This document shows, piece after piece, positions 19,362 through 32,178 of a stretch of DNA of 64,000 nt. The notes beneath the pieces are model-generated. The model was not told where the DNA came from, ran no database searches, and was given only the letters and a program-made list of their open reading frames with translations. Numbering within the stretch: the first letter of the stretch is position 1; each line of letters opens with the position of its first letter. Both the position numbers and the translations under genes were made by a program. Source of the stretch: Sedimenticola sp. (GTDB lineage Bacteria; Pseudomonadota; Gammaproteobacteria; Chromatiales; Chromatiaceae); NCBI GenBank assembly GCA_026994195.1, contig JALWRH010000030.1, positions 20-64,019 of the forward strand. Reading direction: 5' to 3'.

Positions 19362-19808
19362 ATGATAAAAAAACCACACAAGGTGGCCGAGGTACTGGAA
19401 GATGGAGACCAACTGGGCCATCTCAAGCGTATGCTGAAAAAACAGCAGGCGCTACTGGAACAGGTCAGGAAAATCCTGCCGGATCCCTTGAAAGCGCACT
19501 GCCTGCATGCCCGAATCGATGCACAACGTCTGATTCTGCATACTGATTCAGCGGCCTGGAGTACGGGACTGCGCTTTCATGCCCCGCACATCCTCAGGGA
19601 ACTCAAGCTCCTGGCGCCAAACCTGAAACAGGTTGATATCCGTATCTTGCTCGAACAGGACATCAGACCCGGAAAAAACCGGCGAAGTTCCCTGTCCGGG
19701 GAAACCGCCACACTGATCCGTGAACTGGCCGATGGCCTTGCAGATCCGGATCTACGCGCCGTTTTCAAACGCCTGGGCAGATCCTCCAGGGATGAAGAGA
19801 CCGGATAG
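19362..19808 (+). CDS. DUF721 / DciA-like protein
   Basis: 148 aa. Conserved position between the M23 peptidase/secA and lpxC, as in Pseudomonas. Pattern LHARIDAQRLILHTDSAAWSTGLRFHAPHILREL fits the DUF721 profile from memory; no search was run. Confidence 0.6.
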   Translation: MIKKPHKVAEVLEDGDQLGHLKRMLKKQQALLEQVRKILPDPLKAHCLHARIDAQRLILHTDSAAWSTGLRFHAPHILRELKLLAPNLKQVDIRILLEQDIRPGKNRRSSLSGETATLIRELADGLADPDLRAVFKRLGRSSRDEETG

Positions 19809-19817
19809 CGACCTCAA

Positions 19818-20732
19818 TCAGGAGGCGTGAACCGGCGCGATATAGGAAATGGGAACCAGCCCGTCCTCTTCCTCGAAGGTCACTTCCTCCCAGGCTTCCG
19901 GAGTCGCCACCAGCTTGTTCAAGAGCTTGTTGTTCAGCGCATGTCCTGACTTGTATCCATAGAAAGCGCCAATCAGGCTGTGCCCCAAAAGGTAGAGATC
20001 GCCGATGGCGTCCAGAATCTTATGCTTGACGAACTCGTCTTCATAACGCAGGCCGTCATCATTCAGAACCCGGTAGTCATCCACCACAATGGCATTGTCC
20101 ATGCTGCCACCCAGCGCCAGGTTCTTGTCCCGTAACATCTCGATTTCCCTGAGGAAACCGAAAGTGCGCGCACGGCTCACTTCCTTGACGAAAGAGGTGG
20201 AAGAGAAATCGATACTGGAAAACTGGGTTTCCTCGGTGAATACGGGGTGGTCGAAATCGATGCCGAAACTGACCTTGAAACCCTCGAAAGGCTCGAAGCG
20301 CGCATACTTGTCGCCATCGCGCACTTCAACGGATTCCTTGATACGGATGAATTTTTTCAGGGCATTCTGTTCTTCCACGCCGGCAGACTGGATCAGGAAA
20401 ACGAATGGCCCGGCGCTGCCGTCCATGATGGGTACTTCGGGGGCGCTGACGTCCACGTAGGCATTGTCGATACCCAGCCCGGCAAACGCAGACAACAAGT
20501 GCTCTACAGTGGAAATCTCCACTCCATCCTTTTCCAGGGTGGTGGACAACTGGGTATTCCCCACGTTTTCGGCGGTCGCAGGAATATCCACGGGTTCAGG
20601 CAGATCAACCCGTCGGAACACGATACCCGTGTCCGCCGCAGCGGGACGCAGGGTCAGGAATACCTTTTCACCCGTATGCAGGCCTACTCCGGTAGCCCGG
20701 ATAACGTTTTTCAGTGTTCTTTGCCTTATCAT
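19818..20732 (-). CDS. lpxC: UDP-3-O-acyl-N-acetylglucosamine deacetylase
   Basis: [25 protein letters not shown]-terminus; 304 aa. Located downstream of ftsZ. Confidence 0.97.
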   Translation of the reverse strand: MIRQRTLKNVIRATGVGLHTGEKVFLTLRPAAADTGIVFRRVDLPEPVDIPATAENVGNTQLSTTLEKDGVEISTVEHLLSAFAGLGIDNAYVDVSAPEVPIMDGSAGPFVFLIQSAGVEEQNALKKFIRIKESVEVRDGDKYARFEPFEGFKVSFGIDFDHPVFTEETQFSSIDFSSTSFVKEVSRARTFGFLREIEMLRDKNLALGGSMDNAIVVDDYRVLNDDGLRYEDEFVKHKILDAIGDLYLLGHSLIGAFYGYKSGHALNNKLLNKLVATPEAWEEVTFEEEDGLVPISYIAPVHAS

Positions 20733-20861
20733 CAGCGCTCTTTCTCCGCCCCGGCCAAATACCGTTAAGAAACAAAATACCCTAGGGAACCCATCGACAG
20801 GACTCAGGGATTTCCCTAATCTACCCTGTTTCTACCCCAATTGCAAATCTCTGCCCCGCTG

Positions 20862-22073
<1,212 letters not shown>

Positions 22074-22141
22074 TTGTCTTACTCCTGTCGTCTGCCTGTA
22101 TGCTCCTGCCGGGGAGCCGCTTAAACCCAATTCAATAAATT

Positions 22142-23371
22142 CTAGAAATTCCCCTGGAACCAGCTTTTCATCCGTTCCCAGGTTGCCCGCAATGCGCCCT
22201 TGTTCTCATGAGGCACATTGATGTAACTGTTTTGCTGCCCAAACAGCAGCAGGCCCACACCTGTCGCATGTATGGGATTGCGCACCACATCCACCAGGCC
22301 GGTGACATACTGGGGAATCCCCAGCCGCACCGGCATATGGAATACTTCTTCTGCCAGATCCACCAGCCCTTCCATCTTGGAACTGCCACCCGTGAGCACG
22401 ATGCCACCGGCAATCAGATGCTCAAAGCCGGAGCGGCGCAGCTCCTCCTGCACCAGGGTCAGCAGCTCTTCATAACGGGGCTCCACCACTTCCGCCAGGG
22501 TCTGGCGGGACATGCGCCGGGGCGCCCGGTCGCCAATGCTGGGCACCTCGATGGTTTCGTCTGCCGAAGGCAGTTTGCTCAGGGCGCAGGCATAGCGCAG
22601 CTTGATCTCTTCGGCATGGTGGGTGGGCGTGCGCAGGGCCACGGCAATATCATTGGTGACCTGATCTCCTGCAATGGGGATCACTGCCGTGTGCCGGATG
22701 GAACCGCCGGTGAACACGGCAATATCCGTGGTGCCGCCGCCGATATCCACCAGGCATACCCCCAGCTCTTTTTCCTCTTCATCCAGCACCGAATAGCTGG
22801 AGGCAATCTGTTCCAGGATCAGGTCCTGCACTTCCAGGCCACAGCGGCGCACACATTTGATGATGTTCTGGGCGGCGCTTACCGCCCCGGTGACCATATG
22901 CACCTGGGCTTCGAGGCGCACACCGCACATGCCCACGGGTTCATGTATGCCTTCCTGGTTGTCGATGATGAATTCCTGGGGAAGGATATGCAGGATGCGC
23001 TGATCCGCCGGTATCGGCACTGCCCGCGCCGCATCGATGACCCGTTCCACGTCTCCCGGCGTCACCTCGCCATCATTGATGCCCACGATGCCATGAGAAT
23101 TGAGGCTGGATACGTGACTGCCCGCAATGCCGGCGTACACAGACTCGATCTCCACACCGGACATCAGTTCCGCCTCTTCCACCGCACGTTGAATGGACTG
23201 CACGGTGGACTCGATATTCACCACCACGCCTTTCTTCAGGCCATGGGAAGGATGGGTGCCGATACCGATGATCTCGATCTCCCCATCGGCCGTCACCTCA
23301 CCGACGATTGCCACGACCTTGGACGTGCCTATATCCAGCCCCACGACAATTTTCTTGCCTGCTTTTCTCAT
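22142..23371 (-). CDS. ftsA: cell division protein FtsA
   Basis: Actin-like motifs [15 protein letters not shown] and [15 protein letters not shown] 23371 forms an ATGA overlap with the ftsQ stop. Confidence 0.95.
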   Translation of the reverse strand: MRKAGKKIVVGLDIGTSKVVAIVGEVTADGEIEIIGIGTHPSHGLKKGVVVNIESTVQSIQRAVEEAELMSGVEIESVYAGIAGSHVSSLNSHGIVGINDGEVTPGDVERVIDAARAVPIPADQRILHILPQEFIIDNQEGIHEPVGMCGVRLEAQVHMVTGAVSAAQNIIKCVRRCGLEVQDLILEQIASSYSVLDEEEKELGVCLVDIGGGTTDIAVFTGGSIRHTAVIPIAGDQVTNDIAVALRTPTHHAEEIKLRYACALSKLPSADETIEVPSIGDRAPRRMSRQTLAEVVEPRYEELLTLVQEELRRSGFEHLIAGGIVLTGGSSKMEGLVDLAEEVFHMPVRLGIPQYVTGLVDVVRNPIHATGVGLLLFGQQNSYINVPHENKGALRATWERMKSWFQGNF

Positions 23372-24105
23372 CAGCTTCGTTCCTCTGACCGCCAACTCAC
23401 GGCAAAACCCTGTTCATAGCGCAGATCCACGGTTTGCGGCCTGCGCGGCTCCTGTTCCAGTACCGGATAGGCATTGAGCAGGCGCCCGATGCGCGCATCC
23501 ATATCCTCTTTGCCCACAACAATGCGGGTGCCGTCCGCCAGCTCCAGCCGCCACTCGCCCCGCTTGTCCAGGATCACAGCGCCTATGGACAGGCCCTGCC
23601 GCCTGAAACGCGGCTGCTCCCTGACAAAGAAATCCAGCATCAGGGATGCCTTGTTGTCATCACCGCGGAAACGCAGGGGCAGGCGCTTCTTCAATCCCTT
23701 GCGAGGGTAGAACACCTTGCCTTGCTCATTCATCAGGCCCTGCTCACCCCAATGGGCTATGGCCTGTTCTTCCGTAACATCCACCACCAGACGGTCCGGC
23801 CATACCCGGGTGATACGGGCATCCGCCACCCAGGGAGAACCCATGACTGCCTCCCGCAGACGCTTGAGATCCAGACCGAAAAAACCACCATCAATCGCCT
23901 TGGCCAACGCCTGCTCGACACTCTCCCTGTCCAGGTTGCGGAACTCTCCCTTCACCTGAATGGCCTTAATAGGCAGAGTACGGGGGTCGAGCAGGTAGCG
24001 GCTCAATCCCCAGCCACCCGCGACCAGCACCAGGGCAAATCCCGCCAGGCCGATCAGCCGCCAGTGCCGGAAAATCACTCCTTGTCTGCGCGTCTTGGCC
24101 TTCAC
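23371..24105 (-). CDS. ftsQ: cell division protein FtsQ
   Basis: Single TM (LIGLAGFALVLVAGGWGL) followed by POTRA-like and FtsQ-type domains. I prefer the GTG at 24105, which has GGAGG 7 nt upstream and a GTGA overlap with the ddl stop. The track start at 24141 lacks an SD. Confidence 0.88.
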   Translation of the reverse strand: MKAKTRRQGVIFRHWRLIGLAGFALVLVAGGWGLSRYLLDPRTLPIKAIQVKGEFRNLDRESVEQALAKAIDGGFFGLDLKRLREAVMGSPWVADARITRVWPDRLVVDVTEEQAIAHWGEQGLMNEQGKVFYPRKGLKKRLPLRFRGDDNKASLMLDFFVREQPRFRRQGLSIGAVILDKRGEWRLELADGTRIVVGKEDMDARIGRLLNAYPVLEQEPRRPQTVDLRYEQGFAVSWRSEERS

Positions 24106-25028
24106 GCATCCGCCTCCAGGGAATCCCGGAGAATGCGCCATACCAGGGCCGGGAAATCCATGCCCGCCGCGGCGGCCGCCATAGGCACCAGACTGTGACT
24201 GGTCATGCCCGGCACGGTATTCACTTCCATGAGCCAGGGCTGGCCCTCCGCATCCATCATGAAATCCACCCGGCCCCAGCCCTGCGCACCCACCGCACGA
24301 AAAGCCCGCAGGGCAATTTCCTGCATGCCGTTCTCGGCATCGGGGGACAGGCCACAGGGAATGTGGTAGCGGGTAGTGTCGTCCTTGTATTTGGCCTCGT
24401 AGTCATAGAATTCATGGGGCGTTTCCAGGCGTATAACCGGCAGGGCCTGAGTACCCAGAATGGTCACCGTGTACTCGTCGCCTTCTATCCAGCGTTCCGC
24501 CAGCACTTCGTCATCAAACTGACGGGCCATCACCCAGCCCCGGCGCAGGCTTTCTGCATCACTGGCCTTGCTGATGCCGATGCTGGAGCCTTCATGAACC
24601 GGCTTCACCACCAGGGGAAAGCCCAGGGCGCCGGCCATATCCAGGCTGTCCTCATCGCGGATCAACAGGTATTCTGGCGTGGGCAGTCCCATGCCGGACC
24701 AGAGGCGCTTGCAACGCACTTTGTCCATACCCAGGGCCGAACCCAGCACACCGCTGCCGGTGTAGGGAATCTGCAGGGTTTCCAAAATGCCCTGAATCAC
24801 GCCATCCTCACCCCCGCGTCCATGCATGATGATGAAAGCACGATCATAGTGGCCTGCTTCCAGCACCTGGCAGATATCCCGTCCGGCATCCACCCCATGA
24901 GCATCCACGTCCCTTTCCCTGAGCGCCGCCAGTACCGCGGCACCGCTTTCCAGGGAAACATCCCGTTCTGCGGACCAGCCACCCATGAGCACGGCCACCT
25001 TGCCGAAAGCAGAAGACTCGGGTTTCAT
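24102..25028 (-). CDS. ddl: D-alanine--D-alanine ligase
   Basis: VAVLMGGWSAERDVSLESG N-terminus and ATP-grasp core. 308 aa. ATGA overlap with the murB stop. Confidence 0.95.
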   Translation of the reverse strand: MKPESSAFGKVAVLMGGWSAERDVSLESGAAVLAALRERDVDAHGVDAGRDICQVLEAGHYDRAFIIMHGRGGEDGVIQGILETLQIPYTGSGVLGSALGMDKVRCKRLWSGMGLPTPEYLLIRDEDSLDMAGALGFPLVVKPVHEGSSIGISKASDAESLRRGWVMARQFDDEVLAERWIEGDEYTVTILGTQALPVIRLETPHEFYDYEAKYKDDTTRYHIPCGLSPDAENGMQEIALRAFRAVGAQGWGRVDFMMDAEGQPWLMEVNTVPGMTSHSLVPMAAAAAGMDFPALVWRILRDSLEADA

Positions 25029-25924
25029 GCAGGCTCACCCACGATGTGCACTTCCGGCTGCAGGCGGATACCCGTCTGCGCTTCTACGATTTTCTGAACG
25101 TGCTGAATCAACCCTTCCACATCCGCAGCCCGGGCTGTGCCGGTGTTGACAATGAAATTGGCATGTTTCTCGGAAATCCGGGCGCCGCCGATCTGGAAAC
25201 CTTTCAGGCCGGCCGCTTCGATGAGCCGCGCCGCGTAATCTCCGGGAGGGTTGCGGAATGTGGAACCCGCACTTGGCTGGCCAATAGGCTGGCTGGCATT
25301 GCGCTTTTTCAACAGCTTCTGCACTTCTTCGCGCTCGGCTTCCGCATCACCGGGCTCCAGCTGGAGCTCACAACCGATGAACCACTCTTCTTCCGGCGCC
25401 ACCACTTCCCGGTAAGCCACCTTGTATTCCAGAGGCGTGCGCCTGTGGATCACGCCCTGGCGGTCGATGGTCTGCACATTGATGACCCGCTCCCAGGTCT
25501 CGCTGCCAAAGGCGCCGGCATTCATGGCCAGGGCGCCACCCATGGTACCGGGAATACCCGCCAGAAAAGCCGCACCGCACAAACCCGCCCGGGCGGCATG
25601 CCTGGCAACCAGGGCTGTCGGCGCACCGCCCCCGACCCGCAGGCGGTTGGGGGTCAGAACTTCGATACTGTCCAGGCGGCCCTGCATGGCAATGACCGTG
25701 CCGTTGAAGCCGCCATCCCGCACCAGTAGATTACTGCCAAGCCCCAGCCACAGAATCGGCTCAGCCGCGGGCAGGGACTTGAGGAAATCCGACAGGTCCG
25801 CCTCGTCCGCAGGTTGAAAGTAAAACCGCGCCGGGCCGCCCACCCGCCAGGTGGTATGCCGCGACATGGGTTCATCCATCAGCAACATCGTGTAATGGCC
25901 CGCTGTTTCAGCGTTGCTCCTCAT
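25025..25924 (-). CDS. murB: UDP-N-acetylenolpyruvoylglucosamine reductase
   Basis: HTTWRVGGPARFYF and GSTFRNPPG motifs. ATG 25924 is preceded by AGGAGGA. The track ORF extends to 25984. Confidence 0.92.
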   Translation of the reverse strand: MRSNAETAGHYTMLLMDEPMSRHTTWRVGGPARFYFQPADEADLSDFLKSLPAAEPILWLGLGSNLLVRDGGFNGTVIAMQGRLDSIEVLTPNRLRVGGGAPTALVARHAARAGLCGAAFLAGIPGTMGGALAMNAGAFGSETWERVINVQTIDRQGVIHRRTPLEYKVAYREVVAPEEEWFIGCELQLEPGDAEAEREEVQKLLKKRNASQPIGQPSAGSTFRNPPGDYAARLIEAAGLKGFQIGGARISEKHANFIVNTGTARAADVEGLIQHVQKIVEAQTGIRLQPEVHIVGEPA

Positions 25925-26074
25925 GAGCCTTCCTCCTCTTTGGCAAAGATGCCGTTTCCCGGCTGCCGGATTGCTCCCGGACAACCTCTGTCACCCACCC
26001 GGGCTGGGGGAACTGGCGTGCCGCCAGTGATTCACCACAACCCATATGCAGATACCTGATCACATCCCGCTGTT

Positions 26075-27514
26075 TCATTTGCACCAGTCCTCCGACAGCT
26101 GCGCTGCCATCTGTCCAATATTGCCCGCCCCCATCATGAGCACGATGTCGCCCTCATGGACAACCCCCTTGAGTACCTCCGGCAGATCCGCGAGCTGGCC
26201 CACGAATACCGGATCGATCTGCCCCCGGGCGCGTACCGCCCGGCTCAGAGCCCGGCCATCCGCATCCGCCATGGGTTGCTCTCCGGCGGCATATACTTCG
26301 TTCAACACCAGCACATCGGCTCCGGACAGCACTTCCACGAAATCTTCGAAAGCATCCCGGGTACGGGTGTATCGATGGGGCTGAAACACCAGTACCAGAC
26401 GCCGCTCTGGCCACCCCTGGCGCACAGCCTGCAAGGTGGCCGCCACCTCCCGGGGATGATGACCATAGTCATCTACCAGCATGAAACCACCACGACCGAA
26501 ATCACAGTGTTCATGCACCTGGAAACGCCGTCCTATACCCTGGAAGTTTGCCAAAGCCTGCTGTATGGCTTTTACGGAAACACCCATTTCCAATGCCACG
26601 CCAATAGCCGCCAGGGCATTGAGCACATTGTGCTGACCAGGCAGATTCAGGCTCACCTCGAAGGGCACCTGTCCCCTGCCCTGCACGGTAAACCGGGAAC
26701 TCTGGCCCTGGTAGCGGATATCCACTGCGCGCAGATCCGCCTCCTTCCGGGTGCCGTAAGTGAGCACCTGGCGCGTGAGCCGCGGCAGAAGCTTGCGCAC
26801 TTCTTCATCATCGACACATAACACCGCCAGTCCGTAAAAAGGCAGGTGATGCAGGAATTCCACGAAGGCATCCTGCAGGCGAGAGAAATCCCCGCCATAA
26901 GTGCCCATGTGATCCCGGTCCACGTTGGTGACCACCGCCATCATGGGCTGCAGATAGAGAAAGGATGCATCACTCTCATCCGCTTCCGCCACCAGTATCT
27001 CCCCGGTGCCCAGACGCGCATAGCTGCCCGCAGCATTGAGCCGGCCGCCAATGACGAAGGTAGGGTCCATGCCACCCTCGATGAGCAGGCTGGCCGCCAG
27101 GCTGGTGGTGGTTGTCTTGCCATGGGTGCCAGCCACGGCGATGCCATAGCGGAAACGCATGATCTCCGCGAGCATTTCAGCCCGGGGAACCACGGGAATG
27201 CGCTGTTCACGGGCCGCCCGCACTTCCGGGTTCTCATCGGTGACCGCGCTGGATATGATCACTGCATCCACACCCTGGACATGACTTTCTGCATGACCGA
27301 TGTGAATGCTTGCGCCCTGTTCCTGCAGGCGGCGGGTGGCGGCATTTTCCGCAAGATCAGAACCACTGACCTCGTACCCAAGATTGAGCATCACCTGGGC
27401 AATGCCATTCATGCCGGAGCCCCCGATGCCCACGAAATGCAGGCGGCGCATGCGTCCCATGGCTTCGGCGGCATGGACGCGGGGGGCATTGCTCATGTCA
27501 CGAATATCGCTCAT
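26075..27514 (-). CDS. murC: UDP-N-acetylmuramate--L-alanine ligase
   Basis: [14 protein letters not shown] and [10 protein letters not shown] motifs. ATG 27514 forms an ATGA overlap with the murG stop. Confidence 0.95.
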   Translation of the reverse strand: MSDIRDMSNAPRVHAAEAMGRMRRLHFVGIGGSGMNGIAQVMLNLGYEVSGSDLAENAATRRLQEQGASIHIGHAESHVQGVDAVIISSAVTDENPEVRAAREQRIPVVPRAEMLAEIMRFRYGIAVAGTHGKTTTTSLAASLLIEGGMDPTFVIGGRLNAAGSYARLGTGEILVAEADESDASFLYLQPMMAVVTNVDRDHMGTYGGDFSRLQDAFVEFLHHLPFYGLAVLCVDDEEVRKLLPRLTRQVLTYGTRKEADLRAVDIRYQGQSSRFTVQGRGQVPFEVSLNLPGQHNVLNALAAIGVALEMGVSVKAIQQALANFQGIGRRFQVHEHCDFGRGGFMLVDDYGHHPREVAATLQAVRQGWPERRLVLVFQPHRYTRTRDAFEDFVEVLSGADVLVLNEVYAAGEQPMADADGRALSRAVRARGQIDPVFVGQLADLPEVLKGVVHEGDIVLMMGAGNIGQMAAQLSEDWCK

Positions 27515-28581
27515 GTTTTCACCTGCGCCGCGCATTCATCAGCCACCTGCTGCGTCGCCTGAGGACGCCCCAGGCTTCGGGCGGCCATGGCCATCTCCAG
27601 CAGCCTGTTGCGGTCGCCCAGAAGTCCGGTCAGTTGCTGCGCCAGGGCATCCGTCTCGATTGATGCCTGGGGCTGCAGCACAGCAGCACCTGCCTGTACT
27701 AGGTACTGGGCATTGCGTGTCTGGTGATCATCAACAGCATAAGGAAAGGGCACCAGCACCGAGGCCACGCCCACTGCCGCCAGTTCGGAGATGGTCAGGG
27801 CGCCCGCCCGGCAGATCACCAGGTCGGCCCAGGCCAGGGCCTGGGCCATATCATCGATGAACTCACTCACCCGGGCGTCCAGATCCAACCCGGCATACAG
27901 GGCATCGGCCATGGCGGCTTTGCCCCGGCCTGCCTGGTGGCGGACTTCCAGGGGCAGACCCACCCGGGCCAGGGCGGGAGGAATCTCTTCATTGAGGGCC
28001 AAAGCTCCCAGGGAACCGCCAATGACAAGTACCCGGAGAGGGCCTGTGCGACCCTTCAGGCGCTGCTGGGGCGGCGCCACTGCCAGAATATCCGCACGCA
28101 CTGGATTGCCTGTTTCCACGGCGCCCGCAGAGGCAGGGAAACTGCCGGGAAAGGCTTCCAGCACCCGGGCGGCTATCCTGGCCAGCCAGCGGTTGGTCAG
28201 CCCCGGAATAGTATTCTGCTCATGGATCACCAGGGGGATGCCCAGCACCCGGCTCATGAGTCCGCCGGGACCGGTCACGAAGCCTCCCATGCCCAGCACC
28301 ACCTGGGGACGGCAACGGCGCAGCACCTTGCCCGCCTGCCCCATGGCGCGCAGCAGGCGGAAAGGTGCCAGCAGCAGTCCGCCCACACCCTGGCCCCGCA
28401 GCCGGTAAGCGGAAATACTGTGCAGGGGAAAACCTTCGGGCGGCACGGTACGCGCTTCGAAGCTTTCCGGTGTCCCCATCCAGTCCACGTCCCAGCCGCG
28501 CGCCCGCATCTCCCGGGCTACAGCCAGGGCGGGGAAGACGTGACCGCCGGTGCCACCGGCCATGATCATCAGGCGCGCCAT
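27511..28581 (-). CDS. murG: undecaprenyldiphospho-muramoylpentapeptide beta-N-acetylglucosaminyltransferase
   Basis: [19 protein letters not shown]-terminus; 356 aa. Confidence 0.96.
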   Translation of the reverse strand: MARLMIMAGGTGGHVFPALAVAREMRARGWDVDWMGTPESFEARTVPPEGFPLHSISAYRLRGQGVGGLLLAPFRLLRAMGQAGKVLRRCRPQVVLGMGGFVTGPGGLMSRVLGIPLVIHEQNTIPGLTNRWLARIAARVLEAFPGSFPASAGAVETGNPVRADILAVAPPQQRLKGRTGPLRVLVIGGSLGALALNEEIPPALARVGLPLEVRHQAGRGKAAMADALYAGLDLDARVSEFIDDMAQALAWADLVICRAGALTISELAAVGVASVLVPFPYAVDDHQTRNAQYLVQAGAAVLQPQASIETDALAQQLTGLLGDRNRLLEMAMAARSLGRPQATQQVADECAAQVKT

Positions 28582-29738
28582 GGCGGACCTCCCGGGCCTG
28601 TCTGCCCCGTGCTGTTCTCCCAGTGAATACGCAACAGCACACCAATGGCCAGACAGGCGATGATCATGCTATTGCTACCGTAACTGATGAAGGGGAGGGT
28701 TAGCCCCTTGGTGGGCAGCATGCCCACGTTCACCCCAATATTGATAAACGCCTGCATACCCAGCCACAGGCCAATACCATAGGCCACATAAGCCGCAAAA
28801 CGCCGCTGCAGGGCCTCTGCTCCTGCGCCAATGCTGAAGGCCCGCCACACCAGGATGGCAAACAGGGCAATGACCGTAAGCGTCCCCACCAGACCGAATT
28901 CCTCGCCGATCACCGCCATGATGAAATCTGTATGAGCTTCCGGCAGGTAAAACTGCTTTTGTATGCCATTGCCCAGGCCCACGCCTGTCCATTCCCCCCG
29001 GCCAAAAGCGATCAGTGCCTGGGAAAGCTGGTAGCCCGAATTCTGGGGATCGGCCCAGGGATTGAGAAAAGAGGTCACCCGTTCCAGGCGGTAGGGTGAA
29101 GTGATCACCAGCACTGCGCCCCCCATTACTGCCAGCAGGAGCAACAGCGCAAACTGCCATAAGGGAGCCCCCCCGAGAAACAGCAGTCCCAGGGCCGTGG
29201 CAAGCAGCACCACGGTAGTACCGAAATCCGGCTGGGCCATGAGCATGAACACCGCCACGGACAGCAGCAGCAGGGGCTTGATCACCCCCCAGACGCTGTG
29301 CGCCACTTCCACCTGACGCCTGACCAGGTAACCCGCCATGTAAAAGATCATGAACAGTTTCATGAACTCCGATGTCTGCAGATTGAAAGGCCCCAGGGCC
29401 ACCCAGCGGGTCGCACCGTTTACGGTTTTTCCCACGCCGGGAAGAAGCACCACCGCAAGCAGCAGCAAGCCAAAGAAATACAGCCAGGTACTGCCTTTCT
29501 CCCACCAGCCGCTGGGAATCTGTAAAGCGGCGAATGCGGCGATCACACCCAGACTCAGGGCAATCATGTGCTTGCTCAGATAACGGAAGGAGCCGCTGCT
29601 TCCCGCCAGGTGCAGAGAAGCGGAACTGACCATAACGATACCCAGGCCGATGAGGGCCAGCACCGCCAACAGCAGCATCCAGTCCAGGGCGGGAGCTTGG
29701 CGCGCGGTCATGGGCAGGGCGCGGGTGGCGGCGCTCAT
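28569..29738 (-). CDS. ftsW: SEDS-family peptidoglycan polymerase FtsW
   Basis: Polytopic, with the PTKGLTLPFISYGSNS motif. Position between murD and murG. Confidence 0.95.
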   Translation of the reverse strand: MSAATRALPMTARQAPALDWMLLLAVLALIGLGIVMVSSASLHLAGSSGSFRYLSKHMIALSLGVIAAFAALQIPSGWWEKGSTWLYFFGLLLLAVVLLPGVGKTVNGATRWVALGPFNLQTSEFMKLFMIFYMAGYLVRRQVEVAHSVWGVIKPLLLLSVAVFMLMAQPDFGTTVVLLATALGLLFLGGAPLWQFALLLLLAVMGGAVLVITSPYRLERVTSFLNPWADPQNSGYQLSQALIAFGRGEWTGVGLGNGIQKQFYLPEAHTDFIMAVIGEEFGLVGTLTVIALFAILVWRAFSIGAGAEALQRRFAAYVAYGIGLWLGMQAFINIGVNVGMLPTKGLTLPFISYGSNSMIIACLAIGVLLRIHWENSTGQTGPGGPPWRA

Positions 29739-31099
29739 TGGCAGATCCTCCTCACGCTGGCCTTAAATTTGTCGCCGCGGTCCTCGAATCCTTTGTACAT
29801 ATCAAAGCTTGCGCAGGCCGGTGACAGCAACACGCGATCACCGGCCTGGGCCAGGGTAGCTGCCTGCTGCACGGCAGCATCCATGTCCTCTGCTTCCACG
29901 ACGGCGATATCGCTGTCCAGGTGGCGGCGGATCTGACCCCTGTCCCGCCCCATGAGCACCACAGCCCGGGCAAAGCGCTTCAGGGCGGCGGCCAGGCCGG
30001 AAAAATCCGCGCCCTTGCAATCTCCACCGGCAATGAGCACGGTGCGGCTGCCATCGCCTTTGTCCAGCCCTTGCAGTGCGGCAATGGTGGCGCCCGGATT
30101 GGTTCCCTTGGAATCGTTGTACCAGGCTACGCCTTCATGGCGGCAGACATATTCCGTGCGATGCGCCAGCCCGGGAAAAGCCGCCAGCACTTCCAACATG
30201 ACATCCATGGGCAGGTCCAGCAGGCTGCCCATGGCGAGGCAGGCCAGGGCATTGGCCAGATTGTGGCGGCCGGGCATGCGCAGTTCCGCAGTCCGCATCA
30301 GGCGCCTGCCACCACGGCACAGCCAGGTATCCCCGCCTTCACTACACAGGCCGAAAGTACTCTCATTCTCCGGCACATCCAGGGTAAAGAACAGGGCGCC
30401 GGGCGTCCTGGGCATGGCTGCCACACGCGCATCATCCAGGTTGTATACCCCAGACTGTGCCTGGGCGTAGATGCGGGCCTTGGTATCGGCATAGGCTTCC
30501 AGGGAGGGATAGCGATCCATGTGATCCGCCGATATGTTCAGCACTGCCGCCACCGCGGGCGTCAGGGAATGAACCGTCTCCAGCTGGAAGCTGGACAGCT
30601 CCAGGACATAGAGCTCGTTGTGCACGTCGAGAAGATCCAGCACCGGCTCGCCAAGGTTGCCCCCGACGGCTGTGCGCCGGCCCGCCGCCAGGGCCATCTG
30701 CCCCAGCAGGGTGGTGACAGTGCTCTTGCCGTTGGAACCGGTGATGGCCGCCACGGGCGCCTGGACTTCCCGGGCAAAGACCTCTACATCCCCCATCACC
30801 GGCACGCCCTTCTCCAGGGCGTGGCGCACAGCGGGGGTTTCCAGAGACACGCCAGGGCTCAGCACCAGCATATCGGCCGCCCCGAACAAGTCTTTATCAA
30901 AGCCCCCCAGGAACAGACCCACGTCCGGCAGTTCCCGGCGCAGGGCTTCCAGTCCCGGAGGCTGCTCACGGCTGTCCGTGACCGCCACCTGCAGACCACG
31001 GGCGCTCAGATAGCGGGCGCAGGACAGGCCGGTCTTGCCCAGGCCCACGATGAGAACCCGGTCCGGCAACTGCTCGGCTTGGAAAGCATTCGCCATCAT
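29735..31099 (-). CDS. murD: UDP-N-acetylmuramoylalanine--D-glutamate ligase
   Basis: [17 protein letters not shown] and [12 protein letters not shown] motifs; 454 aa. Confidence 0.96.
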   Translation of the reverse strand: MMANAFQAEQLPDRVLIVGLGKTGLSCARYLSARGLQVAVTDSREQPPGLEALRRELPDVGLFLGGFDKDLFGAADMLVLSPGVSLETPAVRHALEKGVPVMGDVEVFAREVQAPVAAITGSNGKSTVTTLLGQMALAAGRRTAVGGNLGEPVLDLLDVHNELYVLELSSFQLETVHSLTPAVAAVLNISADHMDRYPSLEAYADTKARIYAQAQSGVYNLDDARVAAMPRTPGALFFTLDVPENESTFGLCSEGGDTWLCRGGRRLMRTAELRMPGRHNLANALACLAMGSLLDLPMDVMLEVLAAFPGLAHRTEYVCRHEGVAWYNDSKGTNPGATIAALQGLDKGDGSRTVLIAGGDCKGADFSGLAAALKRFARAVVLMGRDRGQIRRHLDSDIAVVEAEDMDAAVQQAATLAQAGDRVLLSPACASFDMYKGFEDRGDKFKASVRRICQ

Positions 31100-32178
31100 C
31101 GTATCTTCAGACTCGCAAGGCCGATGAGCACCAGGATGACCGTGACAATCCAGAAGCGCACGATGACCCGCGGCTCTGGCCAGCCTTTGAGCTCAAAATG
31201 ATGATGCAGGGGCGCCATGCGGAAAATGCGCCGTCCGGTCAGTTTGTAGGAACCCACTTGCAGGATGACGGATACGGTCTCCACCACGAAAACACCCCCC
31301 ATGATGAACAGCACCAGTTCCTGACGCACGGCCACGGCCACGACACCCAGGGCCGCTCCCAGAGCCAGGGCTCCCACATCGCCCATGAATACCTGGGCAG
31401 GATAGGCGTTGAACCACAGGAAACCCAGTCCCGCGCCTACCAGGGCGCCACAGAAGATTGCCAGCTCCCCCACTCCGGGGAGGTAAGGAATGAGCAGATA
31501 TTTGGACAGATAGAGATGACCCGAGACATAGGCAAACACGCCCAGAGCCCCGGCTACCATCACCGTAGGCAGAATCGCCAGGCCATCCAGGCCGTCAGTG
31601 AGATTCACGGCATTGGAAGTGCCCACGATGACAAAATAACTGAGCAGGATGAAAACCGGCCCCAGATTCAGCACCACATCCTTGAAGAAAGGCACGATGA
31701 GCTGGGTCTCCGCCGGCACGTTGGCCGTGACGTACAGGGCCACCGCCGCCCCAAGACCGAACACGGACTGCCCCAGATACTTCCAGCGCGCAGGCAGTCC
31801 TTTCGAATCCCGCAGCACCAGCTTGCGGTAGTCATCGATGAGCCCGACGATGCCAAAGGCCAGGGTCGTAAGAAGCACGATCCAGATATAGCGGTTTCCG
31901 AGATCCGCCCACAGGAGCACGGCAATGGACACCGCCACCAGGATCAGGGCGCCGCCCATGGTGGGGGTGCCCGCCTTGGAGAAATGACTCTCGGGGCCGT
32001 CATCGCGCACGGTCTGGCCAATCTTGTACTGGCTCAGGCGGCGGATCATCACCGGCCCCACCAGGAAGGAGATCACCAGGGCCGTGAGCACACCAAGGAT
32101 GGCGCGCAGGGTGATGTAATGAAACACTTTGAAGGCAGGATCGAATTGCGCCAGGTAGTCCGCCAGCCAGATCAACAT
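31096..32178 (-). CDS. mraY: phospho-N-acetylmuramoyl-pentapeptide transferase
   Basis: [10 protein letters not shown]-terminus and [13 protein letters not shown] motif; 360 aa. Confidence 0.97.
   Translation of the reverse strand: MLIWLADYLAQFDPAFKVFHYITLRAILGVLTALVISFLVGPVMIRRLSQYKIGQTVRDDGPESHFSKAGTPTMGGALILVAVSIAVLLWADLGNRYIWIVLLTTLAFGIVGLIDDYRKLVLRDSKGLPARWKYLGQSVFGLGAAVALYVTANVPAETQLIVPFFKDVVLNLGPVFILLSYFVIVGTSNAVNLTDGLDGLAILPTVMVAGALGVFAYVSGHLYLSKYLLIPYLPGVGELAIFCGALVGAGLGFLWFNAYPAQVFMGDVGALALGAALGVVAVAVRQELVLFIMGGVFVVETVSVILQVGSYKLTGRRIFRMAPLHHHFELKGWPEPRVIVRFWIVTVILVLIGLASLKIR

Noticed and set aside
28675-29505. 276-aa minus-strand ORF in an alternative frame
   Set aside because: It lies wholly inside ftsW in a different frame. 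It is Gly/Arg/Ala-rich and lacks the membrane profile or motifs of the real frame.
29921-31201. 426-aa plus-strand ORF (similarly 32262..33560, 33557..34477, 35680..36654, 27724..28626, 22208..23419, 20841..21917 and 21058..22047)
   Set aside because: All are antisense or alternative-frame shadows within the dcw cluster, whose minus-strand genes carry diagnostic motifs.
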